Assembly: GCF_000829235.1 (NCBI RefSeq)
Contig: NZ_AP012549.1
Location: 1,410,001 to 1,442,000 of the forward strand
Direction of reading: 5' to 3'
Origin: a cyanobacterium endosymbiont of Epithemia turgida isolate EtSB Lake Yunoko
Lineage (GTDB): Bacteria > Cyanobacteriota > Cyanobacteriia > Cyanobacteriales > Microcystaceae
DNA length: 32,000 bases
Under the pieces are notes generated by a model. That model made no database searches. It worked only from the letters and a program-made list of their open reading frames with translations, and was not told where the DNA came from. This document shows, piece after piece, positions 20,494 to 29,463 of the stretch. Position numbers and translations under genes: made by a program. The stretch's first letter is position 1. Every line of letters starts with the position of its first letter.

Positions 20494-21136
20494 ACGATTA
20501 GGTCCTTGAAAGCCTTTTTCTTGAAAATTATTTGATTAATTCTAGGATAATTTCACCTATGCAAATGCTTAAAGTGACAGTCTGTGTTCTTATATAAAAT
20601 TAGAGTCAGACTTAACGCGAATCATAGAATACCTAATTTACTAAGTTAATTTTCTACTATAGGTTGGTTTTGGGAACAACAGCATATTCATTATTAAAAA
20701 CAGACAGTAGAATTGTAAAGTTAAAATTAGCCACTGATAAGGAAAGGGCTAATAAAAGTCTACTATGATGGTAAATAGTTATTAATTAAAAGCCATTTAC
20801 TAATCAATGTTAACAAGTTATGGTTTAAGATTGTAATTGACTAACGTTGATTCAATGTAAACAAGTAAAAAGTTTAGTTTATATGTAGACCAAGAATAGC
20901 TTATTAATTAGACACTCAACTTAGTTGAGCATTAGAAATCATTATTAAAAACAATTAATACTTTATTATAGATAGAATCTTTTATATTTAAAACACATAA
21001 TTAATCGTCATAATTAGCTAAACTCTTCTTGCAATAAGTAGCATAACTAATTTTATGATTTATCCTGATTTTACTTAAAAATGTCATTGTCGAATAATTC
21101 ATAATAATAAATATATATTAGAGAGGTTATTTAGTT

Positions 21137-21186
21137 AATACTATTTAACAAGTTTAAAATCCAGTCTAAACTTGTTAAATAGTATT
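21137..21186. repeat. Perfect 20-bp inverted repeat, 10-nt loop
   Basis: aatactatttaacaagttta (21137-21156) pairs with taaacttgttaaatagtatt (21167-21186). Confidence 0.95.
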
Positions 21187-21914
21187 CTAATCAAAAAAAA
21201 TATTTGCTCTCCTAAGAAGGACCATCACAAAAATAGAAAAAAGTTCAATCTATTTTTTGTAAAAATTAAGATAATTTCTTATATTTATAACTAAAAGATA
21301 AGTTGAACATTCTTTGGGTAAGACCAAATCATAGAAAGTCTATTCCTAAGTAGAATTATTTTCTGCCAAGAGAAAAATAAATAACATAAAATTATATAAT
21401 AAACACAAATATTTAATATAAATATAACTATAGAATAGAAAAAAGTTAAAATTATTTATAAATTTATTTTATTTAACATATTGATTGATGTAATTTAAGT
21501 TATTAAATTGCTGTTTAATACAAAAAATAATTAAATAAGATAGAAATCAGTACTACTACAATAAACTTAGATATTCAATATTAAATAATTTAATTTTTGC
21601 TTATTTTATATAATTTATAAAATAAATGTAGGATTACAAGCCTTAAAAACCAGATCTAATTACGTAAAATAATTTATATTCTTTATACTAACTAACGTAA
21701 TCACTGAGATATATTTTATAATACTGTAAATTTTATTAGAATTGTAGAGAGCATTCACTTTTGTTTCAATTATAAAAAAATACTATTGTTAATAATAATT
21801 TTTAAAAAAGTTATAATTTTTCTCCCGATCTCTCAATCCCTCACGATCCTCTCCAATTTTCCCAAGAGATGACAAGATGAGTTATTTTATGGAAAGTTGG
21901 TTGTAAGGTAATCC

Positions 21915-23699
21915 GTGTTTAAAATGCAATTGTCTCAACGTTGGGTTGATCAGTTACCGAGATCAGCGGACTGGTTGTTATTGGGGTTATGGGTGGTTAT
22001 TGGGTCCATTCTTAGGTTTACCAGATTAACTGCTAAGCCCCCTTGGACAGATGAATTTGCTACGATGGTGTTTAGTTTGGGAAATGATTTCACCTCAGTT
22101 CCCCTTAATCAGGTAATTTCGATTGATGCTTTATTACAACCCCTAAAATTTAATCCCAATGCAAACATTGGAGATGTTGTCTCATTACTTTTAGAAAAAG
22201 ATAACCATCCTCCTCTGTATTTTGTGTTGGTACATTTATGGGTGAAATTATTTCCCCCACTGGGAGAATACGTAGATATTTGGGTAGTGCGATCACTTTC
22301 TGCTTTATTGGGAATATTATCTATTCCAGCAATTTATTTTTTAGGAAAAATTGCTTTCCGTTCTCGACGAGTAGGACAAATTAGTGCGGCTTTAATGGCA
22401 GTCTCTCCCTATGGTATTTTTCTTGCACAAGAAGCTCGTCACTACACATTGGCAATTCTTTTTGTAATTACTTCTTTGACTTATTTTACATTTTCAATAA
22501 ATATTTTTTTTTCAAAAAAAATATTATCTTTATGGTTAGTTGCGACTTGGATATTTATTAATGGAATTGGCTTGTCAGTTCACTATTTTTTCGGAATAAC
22601 TTTATTAGCGGAAGGAATAACGGTAATATTTTTAATTTATCGTCATTATCAGCAAAAAAAGGATAACCTGTTTTTTACTTCACGAAATTTTATTCGTATT
22701 ATGTTGGTTTTTCTAGGAGCAATTTCGACCGGATTAACTTGGATGGCGGTTATTATTCCTAAAGGATATGGGAATGGCATGATTACCTGGGTTCATCCAA
22801 TTAAACATATTTTATATATGATTAGTCCTCCATTCCAACTGTTAGCAGTTTGGATTCCCATGGTATCTTTACTGCCCGTTGAATCTTCTTCCATAGCCAT
22901 TGTTATTTTATCGAGTTTAATCTTATTACTCTTTTTTATTTGGTTCATTCCTTATATACAAAAAGGAATACAAGAAGTATTAAAGTATTCAGACTGTAAC
23001 CTATCAACAAAGGGGTTAATAGTATTTATTCTTAGTGCAATCGCTATTTTTTTAGGAATAACTTATGTTATCGGATTGGACATTACTCGTGGTGCACGAT
23101 ACAGTTTTGTTTATTATCCAGCTGTAATCGTTTTAGTTGCTGTAAGTCTTGCTATTTTTTGGAATAAATCTAATTTTGATAATTCAATTCTTAAAGTAAA
23201 ATATCAAATATTATTTAATCCTACTTATCTGTTAACGATTGTCTATAATAAACTCAATAGCAACGGACAATTCGCTGTTTATGCTGTTTGGTTCATGGGA
23301 TTTATAGGAGCGATTACGGTATTAGTTAATTTAGGATATCAAAAGTATTATCTTCCTGATCGTTTAATTTCAGTCATTAAAGACACGGCTTCTAGCCCAG
23401 TTTTGATTGCGACAACTCATAGAAATCTAGTCCAAACAGGGGAAACTATGGGAATTGCTCTAGAACTACAACGACGTTTAGAACTGCAAGATACTTTATT
23501 TTTGTTATCTCATAAAGAACAATCGGAATATTCTGAAGCAACAGAAAATTTAAAACAAGTAGTTAGTCAAATTTCCTACCCTATTGAAGTTTGGACAGTT
23601 AATTTCCAGGCTCCCATTGACTTAAAACAATGTTTTGTTGATCAACAAAAATTTCCTCAAGTTAATGGTTATAGTTATCAAAGATATACTTGTAAATGA
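21915..23699 (+). CDS. Polytopic membrane glycosyltransferase, GT39/ArnT-PMT-like
   Basis: There are more than 10 predicted TM helices. The N-terminal 'PPWTDEFATMVFSLG...DNHPPLYFVLVHLW' resembles family-39 / dolichyl-phosphate-mannose-type transferases. The start is GTG at 21915, with ATG at 21924 as an alternative. Confidence 0.75.
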   Translation: MFKMQLSQRWVDQLPRSADWLLLGLWVVIGSILRFTRLTAKPPWTDEFATMVFSLGNDFTSVPLNQVISIDALLQPLKFNPNANIGDVVSLLLEKDNHPPLYFVLVHLWVKLFPPLGEYVDIWVVRSLSALLGILSIPAIYFLGKIAFRSRRVGQISAALMAVSPYGIFLAQEARHYTLAILFVITSLTYFTFSINIFFSKKILSLWLVATWIFINGIGLSVHYFFGITLLAEGITVIFLIYRHYQQKKDNLFFTSRNFIRIMLVFLGAISTGLTWMAVIIPKGYGNGMITWVHPIKHILYMISPPFQLLAVWIPMVSLLPVESSSIAIVILSSLILLLFFIWFIPYIQKGIQEVLKYSDCNLSTKGLIVFILSAIAIFLGITYVIGLDITRGARYSFVYYPAVIVLVAVSLAIFWNKSNFDNSILKVKYQILFNPTYLLTIVYNKLNSNGQFAVYAVWFMGFIGAITVLVNLGYQKYYLPDRLISVIKDTASSPVLIATTHRNLVQTGETMGIALELQRRLELQDTLFLLSHKEQSEYSEATENLKQVVSQISYPIEVWTVNFQAPIDLKQCFVDQQKFPQVNGYSYQRYTCK

Positions 23700-23709
23700 T
23701 TACTATTAA

Positions 23710-23750
23710 AAGTCTACTACATATATTGAGAAAATAAATGTAGTGGACTT
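23710..23750 (+). terminator. Hairpin 11 nt after the GT39-like stop codon (13-bp stem with one G-U pair, 15-nt loop)
   Basis: aagtctactacat (23710-23722) pairs with atgtagtggactt (23738-23750). The downstream T-tract is weak, so terminator function is uncertain. Confidence 0.35.
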
Positions 23751-24427
23751 TGTTAATCCCAATTTATTCCTAGCGTCGAAATGCTTCAAGTAATAGGGTA
23801 ATAGTAAAACGGATTGTTCCCATTGCATTAGCTGGATTTTGATGGGTTAAACAAACTTTTGAGTATATTTTTTGTTTAAGTAAATATTAACAATTTTTGC
23901 AGTTTCTCTTCAATTTTTTTTACTCCTACAATGGCTAATAATGATTTTATTTGTATGACACGTAGTACTACTTTCTTTAATATTTTTTTATATATTCGAG
24001 GCGGCGTTTCAATTTTAATCAGAGGACACCATCTCATATAAACTTTTTATTAAGTTTGAGCTTGATAGAATTTTATGTGGGTTAACCATCATTTACAAAT
24101 GTAGACGATTGAGTCCAACCCAATAAAATATATTCCTCTTTACTAAAGGTTTGACTCAATTGGACAATTCTCTTATGTACTCTCTATACATCTTCAAACA
24201 CTATCTAAATTTTTTCATCATGAATAAATAAAAACGTCTCTGGTATCTTCTATTTTTATAATTGAGTAACGGAAGTTGAAGAGATTCATGGGTAAGTACT
24301 TAGCATAAGTTTAAAAGTTTTATTGCTTTAGAACAGCAATGATTCATTGATTAGCCTAATCTATTTAGTTGAACTTTTGGTTATTAAAAAATTAACAACT
24401 TTAATAGAAGATGAGACAAAAAGTCCC

Positions 24428-24483
24428 TAACCTAAGCTAATTAGTCCAGTTTCCTAGGAAACTGGACTAATTAGCTTAGGTTA
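24428..24483. repeat. 56-bp perfect palindrome centred on CCTAGG
   Basis: taacctaagctaattagtccagtttcct|aggaaactggactaattagcttaggtta. Each half is the exact reverse complement of the other, with no spacer. Confidence 0.97.
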
Positions 24484-25628
24484 AAATTAGACTTGGCATA
24501 TACTAGGTTGTCCATTAAAGTTCCTATCCATATTTATTTCTACAATACTTTTATCCTCTGTTTAGGAAACATAAATAGTCGGATATATATTAGCAATCTA
24601 TATATAAGAAGTATCAATAAAATTGGCTAAATATTAACTTATATCAAAAAAAGTTACGAAGTTTTATAACATAAGAAACTTAAACAAATCTATGCCAACC
24701 AACATCTATATCAGTTAGCATATATTTGACACAAATTTTAAACCTTGTTAAATAAGCTTTAGATTTTTATGTTTAATTTTCAGTAAATCAATTTTTTCTA
24801 CTTTTTTATTCTTGACAAAAAATATATTCACTTTTAAACAATTTCATCGTGAGCATGATTTGATAACTTCCATCACTGCCATCACTAATTATAAATTTTG
24901 TCTAATTTTAGAGAATAAATAGATGGCAAAAAATATAAATTTCACTTTTATAATTTAAAATTTTATTTTTTGTTGCGTTACCAATATAAATATTTGATAA
25001 GTATTCAAGCTTAATTTTCTTTTTAAAAATTATTCAATCTTTTTTTGACTTTATCAGATTATTAGTGGATTAACTTAACACATAAGTCTTTGCCAAACAA
25101 ATAACTTTAACTATCGTAGTTGATTCAAATATTGTTTTGGTGATCATATGTTTGTATTTAAGATTATTACCTTTTTATATATAGTTTTATACTATCATTC
25201 GATAGACAAAATAAGTATAATATTTTTTAAAATTTTTTATTTTTTAGAACATAGAGCAATTCTTTTTATTATTGTTATCGTTACTACTTTCAGTTTTTTC
25301 AGTAACTCTTAAAAGAATAGTGTAGGAGTTAATTTTTCTTTTTTAAAATATTGTCTAATTGTTGTCTACTATCATTTATTTAGTCTTTTTTAATATTTTT
25401 AAAATTATTTTATATTTTATTTTTTTCACTATTTAGAGATGTATATATTGTTTCGGATTTTTTATCTAGACATAATTTTTATAATTTATTTTTTCAATCA
25501 ATAATTATACTCGATTTATTTTTTTGAGTTTTTATTTTCTTTGATTTGAGCATAATATTTTTATTGTCGCACTCTTTCTATAGGTAGCTTTTAAGTTTTG
25601 AGTTAATTTCAATAGGTTCGATTTTTAA

Positions 25629-25667
25629 AATTCTATTAGCCTCCTTTTTAAGCAGGCTAATAGAATT
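25629..25667. repeat. Perfect 14-bp inverted repeat, 11-nt loop
   Basis: aattctattagcct (25629-25642) pairs with aggctaatagaatt (25654-25667). It is flanked by T/A runs on both sides. Confidence 0.9.
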
Positions 25668-25989
25668 AGTACGCTTTTCTGTTTATCACTTTTTATTTTT
25701 TATTTATTTAAAATCACCTACTTAGAGATATCAATGCGGTAAAGAATATAAAAAAACCTAGATTTTTTCTTTGATACAGGGGAGATCTCCTACTTTCAAA
25801 ATTAAGATTTGATAGTGGAGTACTTAAAAAATCTACTATTTATCGCGCAGTCTCGCTGGTAGAAAACACCCATTTCAGCATCAGCGATGTATGTAGTTCA
25901 CAAAAAAATATTGAAAGCAATCAATTAAGGCGATAAGTTCTCTACCGTCTATTCTTCAGCTCATTCGTTCAAGTAATTAGGGTACATTA

Positions 25990-26592
25990 TCAGTAAGCAC
26001 GCCAAACTCCTACCAAAACCCCTTGAATTTCCACCTCAGAAATCTTAACTTCAATCGGTTTAGACTGAGAATTTGATGGTTTAAGTAATACCTTTTCACC
26101 ATTTTGATAAAATCGTTTTAGAGTTGTTCCATGACCTTCAACAATAGCAGCTACAATTTCTCCATCTTTAGGATATTCATCTCTAGGCAAGGATCGCATG
26201 ATAGCTAAATCGCCTTCAATGATTAAATCTTCGATCATGCTGTCTCCTACAATTTGTAACCCATAGTAATTTTTCTGTTCAGTGATTTCAGATAAATCTA
26301 ATTCAGTTTGATCATTGGCACAGAGTTCAACTAGTGTGCCAACCGTGATAGTTCCTAAAATACGAATACCCTTGAGTTTAGGACGTAAAATTCGAATAGT
26401 ACGGGCTTTGCCTTCTATCCAATCGATATAACCTTTATTGCGTAATCTTTCCAGACGACTCTGAACAGGGGCTGGTGATCGTAAATGCATAGCGTGCATC
26501 ATCTCACGAATGGAAGGAGCATGCTGGCTTTTGTCAATGTATTCAACTAACCAGTCAAATAGTTCTTGTTGGGCAGGGGTTAAAGATTCCAT
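25990..26592 (-). CDS. lexA: LexA-family repressor / S24 peptidase
   Basis: N-terminal winged HTH ('PSIREMMHAMHLRSPAPVQSRLERLRNKGYI'). The C-terminal S24 domain carries Ser ('VGDSMIE') and Lys ('TTLKRF'). Confidence 0.93.
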   Translation of the reverse strand: MESLTPAQQELFDWLVEYIDKSQHAPSIREMMHAMHLRSPAPVQSRLERLRNKGYIDWIEGKARTIRILRPKLKGIRILGTITVGTLVELCANDQTELDLSEITEQKNYYGLQIVGDSMIEDLIIEGDLAIMRSLPRDEYPKDGEIVAAIVEGHGTTLKRFYQNGEKVLLKPSNSQSKPIEVKISEVEIQGVLVGVWRAY

Positions 26593-26655
26593 AGGTTTTG
26601 ATGAGAACGGAAATAGTTATCAATGTAAAGGTAAGATTTTTACCTCTTTTTTAAA

Positions 26656-26669
26656 CGAACATAAGTACT
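26656..26669 (-). promoter_or_regulatory. LexA operator (cyanobacterial LexA box)
   Basis: The gene strand reads AGTACTTATGTTCG, matching every position of the Anabaena-type consensus RGTACNNNDGTWCB. It lies 64-77 nt upstream of the lexA ATG at 26592. Confidence 0.75.
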
Positions 26670-26802
26670 AGGATAAACCCATTTTATCTTTTGTTTAATT
26701 TTCACAATTTTTTCCTAATACTGACTAGAGGCAAGCCAAAGTTTTGGAGGCATTGGTCGCGATGTTATAGTTGGCAAGTAACGGAGTAAAAGACTGAAAT
26801 GA

Positions 26803-26861
26803 TGAAATATTGGAATCCTTGAGATATGCCTAAGAAATATTTCAAGGATTCCAATATTTCA
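26803..26861. repeat. Perfect 20-bp inverted repeat, 19-nt loop
   Basis: tgaaatattggaatccttga (26803-26822) pairs with tcaaggattccaatatttca (26842-26861). Confidence 0.95.
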
Positions 26862-26976
26862 ATAAAATAGGGGGAAACAACAATACCACCTCGATTGAGA
26901 TCTAGACCTGTCTTGACAGATCTTAATTTAAGATCAATTGGCAAAGTATACTCAGTTGAGTTGGCAGTAATTCTTT

Positions 26977-27291
26977 CTAAGACGTAACTTTTAGCATAAT
27001 TAAACAGTATTTCTCCAATTCTTTGCCCTCAATAGGTTTTTTAGGAAAAAATAAGATATGGTCGTTTCGATTTATCTCAAGAATTCCGATTAATTCAGTA
27101 TTCATTTTATATAACTACATTTTAGATCCATAGACTAGTCTTTTTCTTAAAGAACTACAAGCAATAAATTCAAGAAAATTACTACATCCTTGAGCTGTTA
27201 TTTTAGTCAACTTGTCTTTAAAAAATATTGGTTTGATTAATCGATAAATATCTAAAAGATTTGACTGAGTAGCTAAGTTAATTAATGGCAT
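26977..27291 (-). pseudogene. Small or decayed ORF immediately downstream of the GTPase gene (unrecognised family)
   Basis: The ATG at 27291 is 3 nt after the GTPase stop codon. A 58-codon ORF ends at TAG 27115-27117. The same frame then continues 'LYKMNTELIGILEINRNDHILFFPKKPIEGKELEKYCLIMLKVTS*' to 26977. This is either one gene broken by an in-frame stop or two micro-ORFs. Confidence 0.3.
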
Positions 27292-27294
27292 AAA

Positions 27295-28884
27295 TTACCA
27301 GTCATCCTCCTCTAGAGTAGCTTCTTGTTTTCCAGATGTTATAGTAAATTTTTTCTCATCTTCTTCCCAAGTTGATGTTAAGGGTTCTACTACATTAGCG
27401 ATAGCGTCGTTAACAAATCTTTGAACAAATTCATTCTTACGACTCAGTTCAAATTGACGTTGTACAACTTCGGTAATTCCTCCATCGCCCCAGTCTTGAT
27501 CGTGACGGAAATATTCAACAAAACTTTTTCCAGCGATACGGGTTAAATAAGCAGCTGTCACTCCCTGAATTGCTTTTCCAACTAAATAAGTAGTTATATT
27601 TAATTGTAGAGCTTTACTTAACAAATCCAAAGCTCCTTTTACTATTCCTAAACTTACTAAAGTTTTCCCTAAAGATAGGGCTAATTCCTTACCTCGATCA
27701 CTATTTAACTCACAGCCATAGATTTGTCCAATTTCAATTACCATTTGGGCATTAACTGCCGCCATTGCCAACATATCCACTACAGGTAAAGGAGTCACAG
27801 AAATAACCCCGGCACCAATCCATCGATAACGATCTATGATCTTATCTGCCTGTTGTCTTCTTTGGCTATTAATCATTTTTCTAGCTTCTTCCCCCAGGCG
27901 TTGAGATTGCAACAAAATATTATCAGCAATTAAATCTTCTCCCTCTGCCCTTAAAACCACAGCAAGACGCTTAATTAGAGGTATAATTTCTGGTTTTGGC
28001 TCAATAATTTCCTTGGTTTCTAATAGAAATGATTGAGGTTTAGCGGCTACTGCAATAATATCTAAAGGAGAAATTAATACTTTAACTCTTTGTTGCAACT
28101 GCTTCATTAGTAATGTCAGTTCTTCTTTGGGATAAAGATCAATTTTATTCAAAATTAATAATGATCGTTTACCAATATTTACTAAAGTTTGTAGGGGGTA
28201 ATATTCTGATTGACGTAAATCATTATCTACCACAAATAGCAATAAATCTGCTTCTGTTGCTAATTTTCGTGCCAACTGTTCTCGTTCAGTTCCTTCTACT
28301 CCTACTTCCAAAATTCCTGGGGTATCTGTGATTAAGATATCTCTCGAAACTCCTGACAACTTAAGGGAATAGGTTTCCCCCATTTTAGTAGTCCCAAGAG
28401 TTGCTTCTACATTGCCCACCATTTCCCCAATTAAGGCATTAACTAGAGATGTTTTTCCAGCTGATCCTGTACCGAAAACTACAACTTTTAAATCGCCTTT
28501 AGCCAAACTAGTTTCAATTTGAAGAGAACGACTCAATAGAGCTTTTTGAGTAACTTTATCTTGAATCTGTTGCACTTGGCGGCGTACTGCTTTTAGAGTT
28601 TCGTGCGCCGCTTCAGTTTTTTGTTCAGGGAGTTTAGGACGAGACCGTTCTTGACGACGAGTAAAGAAAAATTTACCAGAGACAGCTAAGTTGAAATAAT
28701 AAATAAAAGCGTAGATTAACAAGCCTAAAAGACCGATAATCAGAAAAATCAATAGTTTACCTAATAAAGGCGCTGTAAAAGAGACTTGAATATAAAGATG
28801 ATAAATAGAATTGATTAGCCATATAATCAATCCGAGAATTATACTCAAACCAATGATCAAAAATAACAGACGGAGCAGAGGCAT
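27295..28884 (-). CDS. Membrane-anchored GTPase with C-terminal DUF697-like domain
   Basis: Two N-terminal TM helices. G1 'GTGSAGKTS', G3 'DTPG', G4 'NKID'. The C-terminal region 'VISVTPLPVVDMLAMAAVNAQMVIEIGQIYG' is typical of DUF697/YcjF-like domains. Confidence 0.85.
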   Translation of the reverse strand: MPLLRLLFLIIGLSIILGLIIWLINSIYHLYIQVSFTAPLLGKLLIFLIIGLLGLLIYAFIYYFNLAVSGKFFFTRRQERSRPKLPEQKTEAAHETLKAVRRQVQQIQDKVTQKALLSRSLQIETSLAKGDLKVVVFGTGSAGKTSLVNALIGEMVGNVEATLGTTKMGETYSLKLSGVSRDILITDTPGILEVGVEGTEREQLARKLATEADLLLFVVDNDLRQSEYYPLQTLVNIGKRSLLILNKIDLYPKEELTLLMKQLQQRVKVLISPLDIIAVAAKPQSFLLETKEIIEPKPEIIPLIKRLAVVLRAEGEDLIADNILLQSQRLGEEARKMINSQRRQQADKIIDRYRWIGAGVISVTPLPVVDMLAMAAVNAQMVIEIGQIYGCELNSDRGKELALSLGKTLVSLGIVKGALDLLSKALQLNITTYLVGKAIQGVTAAYLTRIAGKSFVEYFRHDQDWGDGGITEVVQRQFELSRKNEFVQRFVNDAIANVVEPLTSTWEEDEKKFTITSGKQEATLEEDDW

Positions 28885-28926
28885 GGAGAGAGGGGGAGAA
28901 AGTGGGAGAGAGGAAAAGAGAAAGAG
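28885..28926. other. 42-nt homopurine/homopyrimidine tract (41 of 42 purines on the + strand)
   Basis: ggagagagggggagaaagtgggagagaggaaaagagaaagag directly abuts the GTPase ATG at 28884. On the mRNA strand this is a C/T-only leader with no Shine-Dalgarno sequence. Confidence 0.95.
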
Positions 28927-29463
28927 CCTACTTTGACAGGGTGTGCCTCTTGCCTTACTGTTACTGGCTGCATTGTCTGAGAGCTTTTATGTAGAAAAAC
29001 ATAGATAATTGATAAAATTTGAGATTGAGCCATAACACACAGACTAGATGGAAGATAAAAGTCAGTCTAAATACAAGCTAAAGAGAACAAGGACGGATGA
29101 CCTGTGAGCAAGGGAAGGGAAAGGTAAGTTCCCAAACTCATTATGGCAGTAGGCGAAACAACAAAAGTGATCGTCCTGACTTCAATATCCCCATCCGAAG
29201 GAATTTTCTATAGTTATTCTTGACTAGTTTGTCCTTATCCAATATCAGGTCAAGGCAAGTTGTTTATAAGCTATCATAATCACTTATTTTTCTAAATTAG
29301 TAGTGAAAATTATGATGTTAGGAATTAACTATAAGCAAAAATGTCCATACAACAATGCTAAAGCAGAAATTTTGCTATGGTGATAAATGGGGCAAGTATA
29401 GACGTTGTTGCAACTTATGGTTTTTAAACAGTTTTTCATCGATAAAAAAAATAATTAATATTA

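Noticed and set aside
28113-28331. 72-aa plus-strand ORF
   Set aside because: It is antisense to, and inside, the GTPase CDS.
28938-28982. 'agggtgtgcc ... ggctg ... ctgagag', resembling the 5' half of a TPP riboswitch
   Set aside because: The obligatory downstream ACCTGATCTGGATAATGCCAGCG-type element is absent on either strand, and no thiamine gene is adjacent.
29090-29177. 'GGACGGA' and 'GCAGTAGGCGAAAC' resembling pieces of the glutamine (glnA) riboswitch core
   Set aside because: The conserved ACGGAAGTAGG element is not contiguous here, the CGTTCA P1 strand is missing, and the downstream gene is a GTPase rather than a nitrogen-related one.
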